From Callorhinchus milii (taxonomy: Eukaryota): 64,000 bases of DNA. The stretch covers positions 31,312,001 to 31,376,000 of the forward strand of contig NW_024704743.1 in assembly GCF_018977255.1 (NCBI RefSeq). The letters are read 5' to 3'. The notes beneath the pieces were generated by a model that worked only from the letters and a program-made list of their open reading frames with translations, was not told the DNA's origin and ran no database searches. Positions 52,884 to 64,000 of this stretch are shown piece by piece. Numbering within the stretch: position 1 is the first letter of the stretch; each line of letters begins with the position of its first letter. The position numbers and the translations under genes were made by a program.

Positions 52884-53285
52884 GACAACAACTTGCATTT
52901 ATATAGCTCCCCTCACATGAGCTAACGTCCTGGAGCGCTTCACAGTGGCAGAGTCTGACAACGAACCGGGGGAAAGGGACGGAGGAGGTGACCATAAGCA
53001 CAATCAAAAAGCAAGGTCTTTAGGTGGGATTTGAAGGTGGAGAGTGAGGGGTAAAGACAGAGGGATTGAGGGAGAGAGTTCCAGAGCTTCGGGGCATAGT
53101 GGCTGATGGTGGAACGCGGGGCAAGAGAGACAAATAGGAGGCTGGAGCTGGCCAAGCGGAGGCAGCGGGTTGTAGAGTGGGGGGTAAGCAGGTCGGATAG
53201 GTAGGGAAGTGCGAGGGAATGAAGTAATTTGAAAACAAGTGAGAGGATCTTGAAATCGATCTGTTCAGTGATTGGGAGCCAGAGG
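52884..53285 (-). mobile_element. L2 LINE 3' fragment
   Basis: Translation WLPITEQIDFKILSLVFKLLHSLA...YAPKLWNSLPQ...FKSHLKTLLFD. Confidence 0.88.
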
Positions 53286-54864
53286 TACGAGAGATACAAG
53301 AATCTGTTTCAATTAGGATCACCTGTTTTTATATGTAAGATTACATATTAGTTAAAACTTCATGCCCCATATGAACTCAGTAATGAAGGAATGAATGGAA
53401 ATGCATGTCATACATTCACATATGAGAGCTGTAATTCTGTTGCTTGTTGACAAGTACCAACATAGCTAATCGTTATCGTGGGGCAGTGAAACAAAACGTC
53501 TAATTTATATCAGTAAATGAAGCCAAAGGAAATCAAATGAAATTGTTTGGCTCCTGCAGTATTTGCCACGAAAATGGTACAATTTTGGACAATCAGATTT
53601 TAGAAAAGCAACAGACATTACTCTCCCACCTATTAGAAACATACTGCTGTCAACTGACCAAAGCAAAGCGGCACTCTCCCCCTTTGCCCCCTCCCTCTCC
53701 ATCACTCCCTCTGGTTGTGCACTAATATTATTCAAGGAGTCTGGTACGATGCCTCCTGGATGATTGAATTGAGAAACGTAAGAATAAATTATTCCGCATG
53801 CATCTATTTTTCTTTCTTTTTTTTCAAATCAGGCAGGCATCCAAGAAGCATTAAACCAGTTAGGGGCAAAGAAAGGTACCATACTTTAGGCAGAGCATGA
53901 AGGCTTTGACCATTTAAAGCTCTACTAGCCATGTTATTTTTGGCTACTGGATTACCCATCCAGGGAATGTCATTTGTAGGCTGGTAAATTAAGTAAAATA
54001 CCTCATTTATCGTTCTTTAGGGCATCGAAAAACTGGAACAAAGCCAACAGAGAAGCACATTTCGATTCTGAATCAGATCCTTGTCACAATGAAGCTTAAA
54101 CTCGGCAAGACAATAAAACAACATCACTTTTACTTGGCACGATACACAGGCTCCAAACTAAAGCATTCTGTTTTCCCCCTACACTTTATGGCACGTGCAA
54201 AGTGGTGCCTTAAGTTTCAAAGGAAAAGCTCCCAGCCTGCAACTTATTTCTCGCATAAGATTGATGTGGATGAACAAGGCCCTTTGGCGCATTTGATCTC
54301 ATCCTCCTAGAATAACCCCCTATCACTTTCTCATCAGAACATCAAGCTGCTTTTTAAATCAATCCAATATCCTGGACTAAACTATCCTTTCTGGCAAGCT
54401 GTTCCAACCATTAATTACCCTCTGGGTAAATAAAAACTTCCTGGTGTCTGTCCTGAAATTGCCCTTCGAAATTCTAAACCTATGTCCTCTTGTTCTACTG
54501 CATTGTACATCCAATTGTATGTACTAGAGAAAACAGAATGGATTAACAGGAACAGACTCATAAAGAGTCGACACAATTAAGACACTAAACCAAGGCCCCG
54601 ACTGCCTGTTAAGTAGAACGGTAAATGATCCCAATGCACTGTTTGAAAATAGAAGGGAGTTGCTCCCAGTGTTCTGGCCATGGCCTGTGTTTTGGCCATA
54701 GCCAGTGTTTTACATTTATATACCTGCAAATACAAAATACAAAACATTTTATAAAATCTAAATATTTTATTTTAATTATTTCTGTTTAAAAATTTTGACA
54801 TCGTTGATGATTCTAATTTTGAAATGTTTACATAAAATGTTATTTAATTATGTTTTAATATAAT

Positions 54865-55217
54865 ATTAATCTTGCACTCGATATAGTGCCTTATCACATC
54901 TTTGTGACGTTTCAAAGCAGTTCACAGTATATACTATAAAGTGAATTGACTGTGTATTCTGTGGGCAAAACGCAGCAGCCAGTACCCTTCACTTTTCCAA
55001 TAGTGCCATATGATCGTCAACATCCACCTGAACAGGCAGGTGGGACCTCAGTTTAACGTTATCCAAAGGACAGCACCTCCGACAACGCAACCCCCACCCC
55101 CCCAGCACTGCATTGGAGTGTCAACTTAGACTATGCAATTCCAAGTCCCGAAGTGGGGCATGAACCCACAACCTTCTGACTCAGATCGAGAGTACTACCA
55201 TTGCCAGGCTGACGCAC
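54865..55217 (-). mobile_element. Deu-domain SINE with internal deletion
   Basis: Head gaacccacaaccttctgactcag...actaccattgccaggctgac, Deu core and shared tail. Confidence 0.8.
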
Positions 55218-55224
55218 AAACCAT

Positions 55225-55370
55225 TTCCCCCAGGAAAGAGATCCACCAATCGACTAACAACCTGGTTTCTACTTACTGCTAGATAAACAGAGCATTTGGA
55301 GGAACTTGCCTTACTCGAATCGACCCGGGTCCCCAAGCTAGCAAGGTGAGCACGTTAACCACTGTGCCAA
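55225..55370 (-). mobile_element. 5' half (head plus middle block) of the long-form tRNA-SINE
   Basis: gatccaccaatcgactaacaacctggtttctacttactgctagataaacagag...aatcgacccgggtc...gcaaggtgagcacgttaaccactg. Confidence 0.7.
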
Positions 55371-55789
55371 CTACTATGCTATAGGACTACGTTACGGGAC
55401 ATCCTTATGACATGATAAGGTGCTACTAATTGCAAGGATTATTATTATTATTATCTTATCCTCCAGATTGTGGAACATTGCTGTGCGCAAACTGGCTGCA
55501 GCTTTCGCCCACAAAATACAAAACTCTGTATATTTTGAATACAAATACAGATATACTTTAAGAAATACTGTGAAGCTCTTTGAGACATCCTGCTGACGTG
55601 AATGCTGTTGCATCAAAAGCAAATATTCTTCTTATTAAATACACTTGATAATAAATTCAAAGTATATGCAAATTACTTAGCAAGAATACATCCTCCATTT
55701 AGCTGCATTCTGTATTAACCCTTTGCCAACTAAGAGACATTTTTAAATGATGTGATAAAGCCAGATATGAAACGCAAGAATTATTTTTA

Positions 55790-56200
55790 ATACAATTTAC
55801 ATTTGCATGGCTTTATGCAAATAGCCCTTAACAGCGGTGTGGTTTGATGCAGACCTAGAAAGAGAGGTGACCGAAGGCACGGTTGAAGAGGAAACTTTAC
55901 AGCCATGATTTGAAGGTGGGTAAAGAGGGGGCAAGATAGAAGGAATGATGCAGGGAGTTCCAGAGACTTGCGTCATTGTGGCTGAAAGCACGGCTGCCAA
56001 CGGTGAAGCTGAGGGTACAAGGGATGTGCAGAAGACCCGAGCCAGCTAAGCAAAAGCTGTGGGTAATAGAATGAGGTGTGAGCAGATACGAGAGGCAGGA
56101 AGGTGCCAGAGCGTAAAGTGATTTAAAATTGAAATCAATCTATTTTTTAAATCAATCCAATCTGCAACAGCCAATTGAGGTGATGGGAGTACAGGTGAGG
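55790..56200 (-). mobile_element. Degraded L2 3' fragment
   Basis: gaaggcacggttgaagagg...gggagttccagagac...gaaatcaatc, same family as 34790 and 52884. Confidence 0.7.
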
Positions 56201-56604
56201 ACATTACTAACCAGATAATAAATAAATAACATCTTTACAATAATGATCCCATTAATTCAACTTAAAATTTCATATTTAGAAATAACAGGGTTCAAAAATA
56301 TGAAATTCACAAAATATATTCCTTCAATTTCTGAACAATTCAGTAAATCGTTTCCTTTGAAACTCATCTTTATTAATTGTATAATCGCCTAAGTCATACA
56401 TTTATCTGAGTCCCACTCAGTTTTTTATCAAAACCACTTAGATTTGTTTGCACTACTCATATTAATCCCCCCTAACTTGTCACGTCACTCCCCTATCCTG
56501 CATTACTCACGCACTTACTGGGTGCATTGAACTGCGAGAGATTATGTCCTGACCCGTCGACGCATGGTATAAGGGGGAGAGAGGAGGTGACCATAAGCAC
56601 GGCT

Positions 56605-56820
56605 GAGAGTTGAAGTGGAAATCTGGGACTCTCTCCCCCAAAAGGCTGTGGATGCTGTATCCATTTAAATTTTCAAGGCTGAGATGGATAGATATTTGTT
56701 AGGTCAGGATATCAAGGGGTGTGCAATAAAGGCAGGTATTTGAAGTTGAGGTACAGATCAGCCATGATCTAATAGAAGAGGCTCGAGGGGCTGAACGGCC
56801 TACTCCTGTTCCTATGTTCC
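56605..56820 (+). mobile_element. CR1 LINE 3' end
   Basis: aaaaggctgtggatgctg...gatcagccatgatct...gaacggcctactcctgttcctatgttcc. Confidence 0.8.
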
Positions 56821-59800
56821 GAGACAAAGTATTATTTACCAGCAAAAGCACTAGGTTGTTCCCTTATTTGTCCCCATTTTAAAGACACATTATCTTGTTA
56901 TGAGAAACAAGTGTGTTGAAATCACAGGAAAAACAGATGCAAATTTTCTTTTCAAAGAGAACCAAAAGGTACAGAAGTAACATGCCTTTATACAACCAGA
57001 AAAGTACATATTCAACGTATATGCAAATTACTTATCAAGCATACATTTTCCATTTAGCTGCATTCTGTATTAACCCTTTGCCGACTAAGAGCTTCAGAAT
57101 TTTCAATAATTTTCATCAGAATTCAAACTATTCGGTGGACAAACCTCAATTTTTTTAACCTCTTGAAATTGTGAGTTGCTTATTGTCTTATTATCCATCG
57201 ACAATTCAGATGAGACGACACCTATTTCAAGTAGGAGCTTACAAGTTATCAGAAGGTTCTCATGGGTTAGGGAAAAGCTCGACACCACGCTCAGGGTAAA
57301 AAACAGTGCTGTCGTACAGGTTATTTTTTTCAAAAGGCAAAAGCACTATTTGGGAAATTAAAAGGGAAATTAAATTTCCCCAAAGTTGAAGTGAGGCAAC
57401 ACACCATCCAGGGTAGTGATGGAGCAAACAGATCGGGAACGTCGCAGGCTCAATGTCTGTTCAGTACCGGGTTACATTCCACTGTACTTATACTGTACTA
57501 ACTAAAATGACACCAACAACATGAATCTTGCTCATTTTCCCTGTAACTCACCAATATTTTTAAGATGAACATTGAAAGGTTGAAGGGCAGAGTGAATCGA
57601 CTAGGATTAGAACCCACCAACGTTCCAGCCCCATATCAGGCAAAACCAAATGAACCCTCGGGAATGTAATTTGGAACCAAACTGTGGCTGAGGTGTGAAA
57701 TAAAATTATCACATTCTCAAATCCAATTTTTCATTGCTGCTGGATATTGGCTTACTGACTGCAGTATTTTTTTCTGCATTCTGGGAAGTTGCATCTCTGT
57801 ACCAATGATAAGGAGATTAATAATGTTAGTTTGTCGATTCAATCTAGTTGACATATTTTCCGAAAAGAGAACAACACTTTAGAGGTGGTAGAGAGGAAAA
57901 TTGAGCTGACTGGGGATTTGTTCAAAAACTTCAGACCAGTCATATACCATCCTCATGAGCTGCGCAAAATATTTTTTGAAATTAATAATCTAGACCATTG
58001 CAATTCCACCGAAAATACAAATGAACCTCAAGTTGGTTCTAAAGAAATAGGTTTCTAGATATTTATTCATAATCCTTTGCAATGATTTCTTCAAAGGATT
58101 AATTTTAAAATTACCCTGTTGAGAAGAAAAACAGCTTTATATTATATTTGCATCACTATGCCACTAAGAACCAAATTAGCTGGATGCATTACACAATCTA
58201 GTCTATTTACATGGCAGTTGAGCTCCCATTTACATTAAGATAAAATCAAACATTTCCACAGACATACATAAAAAAAGACAACCACAAAAGAATGCATTGC
58301 AGTCAATATATTTTCACATAAGCAGAACAAAGTCAATTTGAATGTTGTTCCCAACACAACAGAATTATGGCACACAATGGAAGTCAACTGAAACCAGACA
58401 GTTCATTAATTGCATATGCTATTGGTGTGACTATTTTCAATAAAAATTTGTGTGCAGTAACAAAATCTTAGACCACAGTTAAAATATCTTAAGAAGGGAA
58501 CCAAAGGCAGCTATGCACTTCTGGAAGAGTTATACATATGTAAACATTTTTTTCCGCGCAAGGTTAAACAGGTTGGAGTGACCACCTTTGTATGAATGCC
58601 TTGACACTAAAACAAATAAAAATAATCCTTACATTTGGTATAGGAGCTTTCACATCGGGAGGAAGTTCCGAAGCGCTTCATAATCAAGTCACTTTACAGT
58701 ATATTCTGTGAAGCGCCTTTAAGACATCTCGAAAACATGCTAAGGCACTCTATCAAATGCAAGGATTATTTATTTTATTTATTATTTAGGATATACAGTA
58801 AAGAATAGTGAGTGAATGCAGCAGCCAATATGCAGACAGCAATGATCCACAATTCATGAAGTGAATGACCAGTTTTATACACGATTCTAATATCCGACAT
58901 CAACTGTGAGATTAATTGTTAGATCTCAATCAATTACAAATCAAAACCATGGAAATGTCATTCTACGTGTGCATGTGCTCTTCATTCATTGAGAGATGTG
59001 AGAAATACAGTAGCTCTTTAATAACACCACTTAAGGAAAATGGCCAGCCTTATTTACCTGATTTACAGGAAACTATTATAAACAATAAAACTTAAGGTTG
59101 GTTACTTCAGAATGGAACATACTTGGTACAATATATATGTATCATAACTCCTCAAGTTACATTTTCTTATTATCAGGTAACCTGATGCTTTATACAACAT
59201 TCCATGACTCTGGCTAGGAAATGTAACCTGGTTTTCCAGGCGTATTGAGCACAGCTTGGTAGTAACATTAACTGTAAACAGCAACATTGCATGTTGACTT
59301 TCTGATTCGATGCTTTTCCGAAGATTTAGCCTTAAAAGAGCAAAACACCTTCCTGATAAATCAATTAAGCCATTGCTCTATTGGTATTGCAGTTTGCATT
59401 TGAGTGCTGGATTTCAGATTAACCCATTAATATCTTAATAATAGTGAATAAAGAAAGATGGTTCATTCTGAGTAAAACTCCACTTTACTATTCACTCTAC
59501 TTCATACAAATATTTGCATTTTCTGAGCACCATTGGCTAATTCAACCACTATACTAATATTTCACAGCCATTTACCATGATGCCAACGGGCCAGGCTGTG
59601 CTGCCATCAGCAGTGGCCTGGAATACTGCGGACCCACCTGGCTCAGGAACTACATTACCAAGACCGCCACAGAGAGTTGGTTCCATTCTGACATTCTGTG
59701 GTCAAACCCGTCACCTTGGAGCCAGTTCAGTTCCAAGGAGATCCCGCTTACTTCCTCCCCCCGCCCCAGAGGATGCTCATCCAGAATAGACAGCACACCT

Positions 59801-61309
59801 ATTCAAAAATTATATTGGTAATAAAGCATCAGTAAGTGCAGAAGCGCAAAATTTTGCAGTAAATGCAAAATTAAAACAGAGACCAAGAAAGTCCCAGAAT
59901 CCATTCCCAATCTGTGCTGAGTTACCAAATCTTAGCAATGGCAACAATAGTATATAGGGGCAAAGAAGGGAATAAGAAATATCAACCAGATATTTTCCTG
60001 CACCCGCTTGTTATCCCTGCTAAATTGGTGTGTTAAGAACTGATGAAAACTGGAACAAGCAACTGGTGTCCCCCTCCGCCATCTCCTCTCCCCCACCAAC
60101 CCCCAACCTCCCACCACACACCTCATTCTTCAAATTGCCTGCTATCAGAACAAGGTACCAAAATGTGGTCGGCATCCAGGGTAATTTACTGTAGTCTGAA
60201 AAAACATAGCTTTCCATTTCTAAATTAATACGTTTCCATATGAACATCCTCATACCACACACATGGAACTTTAAAATAGGATTCGTTACAAGTACGCTTC
60301 AAAACATCATATGTCACCAGCAGACAACACCGTACAGCTTTGTTGGAAGAAAGGATGCTGGCAGCAGCACTCAACTGTGAAACTCAATTAATTTAGTTAC
60401 TTTTATTTATAGGTCTGCACATGTGCATGAACTAAACAGCCATTGTTTAAGCATGCACAATATTAAATTAAAGTTACAGTAAAAGCCCTAATTATTTGAT
60501 CTATTTATGATTGTTATCTTGCCTGCACTCAGCCCTAGGAAGCAGTAAATCTCTTTGGCGAGGGATTATTTTTCAAAGCTAACGACAGTTACTTGCTTCT
60601 CAGTTTGCAAGAGACATTGCTATGAAACATTCGCCTCTGGTCACAAGACAGAAATATGTATAAAGCAAACAGACTTTTATGATATCACCGTGAGTGCTTC
60701 TCTGAATTCGGCTTTCAAGTTGTAATATTCAAACAGAGTGTTTCAATATCAGCATTCCCAGTTGAGACTTAAATGGCCAGTTATTTTATTCTGTTTGTAT
60801 TGATTAAATACCCGAATTAAACAAGGTTATTCAGAAGATGTTTGTTCCTACATGAGGATTTAGATCCAGGCATCACTATTTTATCCCCCATCATCAACCC
60901 ACTAATATATAATGTATTAAACCAACATGACCTTATCAGTTAAAAATACTGTCTCATTCAACACTTAGCTTCTATTCCTAATCAAGGTACAAACTCACCA
61001 ACTGCAATGGTTTCAATTACACATCACTGAATTGTATTTCAAAATTAATAGCCCATCACTAGCACACATAAGAGGTTGAGAAAAGAAGGCTCTTCCTGGC
61101 CCGACATCCTATTTGCCTCGGTTATTTCTGCCTCACGGTGATGCATTAAGTCATCGAACACCCCTTGGTCTCTTTGAACTTTTCCTTTGTCAAGTTAAGT
61201 TCCACCTTTCATTTTTATGTCCTATATTCATTTATCTGTATTGAACTTTGTTTCCCATTGATGTCACGTTCATACCATAGGTTCAAGTCCTATTGCTTGG
61301 GATTTGAGC

Positions 61310-61440
61310 TCATAGCCGAGCCTGACATTGCAATGTAGTGCCCCCGAGCTGCATTGTCAGAGGTACCGTACTTCTGTGACACTGAACCAAAGTCCCATTT
61401 GCCTGTTACAGATTCCACGGCATTACTCAAAATGAGAAAG
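61310..61440 (+). mobile_element. Deu-domain SINE fragment
   Basis: gctgcattgtcagaggtaccgtac...gacactgaaccaaagtccc...gcctgtt. Confidence 0.55.
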
Positions 61441-61734
61441 GCATTTAGGTAGATAGAATTACATACGACTTCCAGCCTAGAAACAGACAATTCGGCCCAA
61501 TTAATCTGTGCCAGTGATTGTAATCCAGATGAGATCCACCCCTCTTTATCCCCTCTCTTATTCCTTTCTATTCCATTCCATTTCTATGTCTCAAATGTAC
61601 ATCAGTTTCTTCTTAAATACACTGATGTGTTCTAGTTCAACCATAATGTTGAATTATGGATTAAGTAGAAACTAGAACCCAGGAGTTAACAGCATCACTA
61701 TTCACAGATGCATTCTTCCCCTCACCTGTATGAA

Positions 61735-62450
61735 ATCTTGGTGTCTTGGTCAACCTTCAACTGTGCCGTAAACCCCACATCCGTGCCTTGACCCATTCTG
61801 TCTCCCATCTCCACAGCATTGCCCGCTCCACCACTACCTCTGCCTTCAGATCACCGAGATCCTCATCCATGCTTTCATCATGACCAGGCTTGACTATGCT
61901 CATTCCCTGCGCACTGGACGTCCCAACTCTTTCATCCTGCAGAATATTCCAAACTCTTGAGCTTGTATCCTCTCCCGCAGGGAGCTCCATGAGCCATCCC
62001 TGCCCCATTCATGCCCGGCTTCACTGGTTCCCCATCTCCCTGAAGATCAAGTTTAACATCCTCGTCCTCACTTTCAAAGCACTTCACAGTCTTACTTCTC
62101 CCCACCTCTGCGATTTGCTAATACCTTGCTAACCTTCCTGCCCTCTATGCTCGACAGACACTCGCCTGCTCCATGTCCCATCCCACCAACAGTGGTCATT
62201 CCTTCAGCTTTTCTGCTCCCACCCTCTGGAACTCTATCTCAAATCGATTTTGCAATGCCCCCTACTTGTCCTCCTTCAAGGGCAGTCTCAAGACCTTCTT
62301 CTATGATTTATCCTCCCCTTTGGTTATCCTCCCCACCCCCATCCTCCTGGACCTCATCTCTCTTGATTCCAACCCCCAGCTCAGGTGCAAACCCTTGACC
62401 GTCCAGCAACTTGGGATGTCATCCCGACTTGAAGAGCACTTCTAGTTGTT
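61735..62450 (+). mobile_element. Degraded 5'-truncated L2 LINE
   Basis: Translations HARLHWFPISLKIKFNILVLTFKALHSL and FSFSAPTLWNSI...SSFKGSLKTFF. Confidence 0.85.
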
Positions 62451-64000
62451 CTGTCCGACAGTGAGTTTCACATTCTCAACACACTTTGCTTAAAGACATT
62501 CCATTTAGATCTCCACTGATCTCGAGTATCGATGTGACATCATCGTTGTAGTACATCATTGTTGCCTCAAAAAAATAGTTCTCCTGCTGTATTAAAACCG
62601 AACACAAATGTACGAAGCAGACTGGAAAAGCAGCTGCTGATTAAAAATACCACATACAAGCTACACTCTAAAATTGACATTATAACACCATTACCTACAG
62701 AGAAAAACGTAAAATCATAGTGGAATGGCGAGACCCTTCTGTAACATGACAACAGCAGACGGGGACAAATATTTAGTAAATTGACTATTTACCATCATAT
62801 TTAACTGCTAAAATATCCATCAGGTACCAGAATAAGGGTATAGAGTATTAATAAAAGCGTTTGGATTTTGTCCAGTGAAAGTCACTAAGTAAAGTTGGCT
62901 TGATTCCAGGTTAATACAGCGTCTAGATAAGAACAATTCATCCAATATGTTTGCTGTACTGACACCTGCTTAACAAATGAATCTGCAATGTGACTAGCAG
63001 AACATGGACAACTGAAGACATATTTACAGAACAACTCTCGGTGAATATATTAGGCAACTGGACCTGCCAGATTATCAATTAAATGAATGACAAATTTATT
63101 TCAAACAATGCAGCAGGGAAAGTTCACATGAAACCTAATAATATAGCAAGGATTATTAGTAGGACAGAAGTGTGAATAACAATTAAGAAACGAAAGCTGT
63201 CCATTAACCAAAATGAGATTTGGTACAAGATAAATAAGCAGATTTGTCAGCCCATAATATCCAGCTGCTCTGTGCAACCATTATCACCATTCACTTGTAC
63301 AATATTATTACGTTTTACAGGGATCATAAAGATCCTGACTGTTACATAGTAGAAGTAAAACATTCTGTAATCCTGTATATAAAGAATATGCATTATTGCT
63401 GCATTTGGAGTATTTTTTTCCTTATGTTTGGTAGAAACATTTACAGATATATAGGAGTGCGAGTAGATTTGCTCTGGATTGCACTGGAAGGGAATCCTAT
63501 TCAGGTGCCATCCAAAACATTGTTTTGACATGTGTAAGATTACAAATTGTGCCAAATGTAACCATTTTAACGCCAAGAGAAATCCAGTCGCAAACCAAGT
63601 TTCTCCTTCGATCCAGCTTACGAATTGCCATCAATAGAAAAAATATTAATTCCCCTTTTTTGTTAAAATATATAGATGCATACAAATCACAATTTGCAAA
63701 ATCATGCATTCAACGACAACTTGCATTTATATAGCGCCCTTCACACAGAGTCTCGATGCGCTTACCAGGGCTCTGCTCCCCTCTCCTTTAGCATAACTTG
63801 GTTTATTACATCGTTTATCACAATTATTTTATTAGTAATTTACTGTTTTATTCTTATTTTCAAAAGAAAAAGTAGAACGACAGAACAAGGTTAAAGTTAG
63901 GATCTGGAAATCAAAAAATTTCAAATATTAAATTCAGGATTCATTCATTCTTCAACAATTTTCCTTAGACACTAAATACACTACAAACTGAAGAGAAGGA

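Larger units (their letters stand above)
25374..64000 (-). other. CDKAL1: CDKAL1 intron upstream of the 85-nt exon (continues beyond the window)
   Basis: Ends at a polypyrimidine tract plus cag at 25374. The preceding exon (...[23 protein letters not shown]...) was not found by eye in 25374-64000. Confidence 0.75.

Overview
This is vertebrate intronic DNA, AT-rich and repeat-dense. The repeat set (L2 LINEs with (GTT)n tails, CR1 LINEs with (TTCTTATG)n tails, Deu-domain and tRNA-Ala-headed SINEs) points to a cartilaginous fish; that assignment is an inference. The only protein-coding sequence I can recognise is one 85-nt minus-strand exon at 25289-25373 of CDKAL1 (tRNA-Lys methylthiotransferase), reading ...[27 protein letters not shown].... 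I found no flanking CDKAL1 exons, so the rest of the window is probably two very long CDKAL1 introns. Most long ORFs in the track are L2/CR1 reverse-transcriptase remnants. Points worth follow-up: (1) an intronic CpG-rich, promoter-like element with an ATG and splice donor, followed downstream by well-formed candidate exons, one with recursive-splice-site architecture; (2) an unclassified ~400-bp repeat in four copies; (3) modular SINEs sharing an L2-type tail; (4) an apparent sense-strand bias of L2 insertions; (5) an 82-bp local duplication; (6) enhancer-like unique sequence. I see no strong evidence for a wholly novel biological system, and these candidates are hypotheses. Repeat boundaries were read by eye and are approximate.
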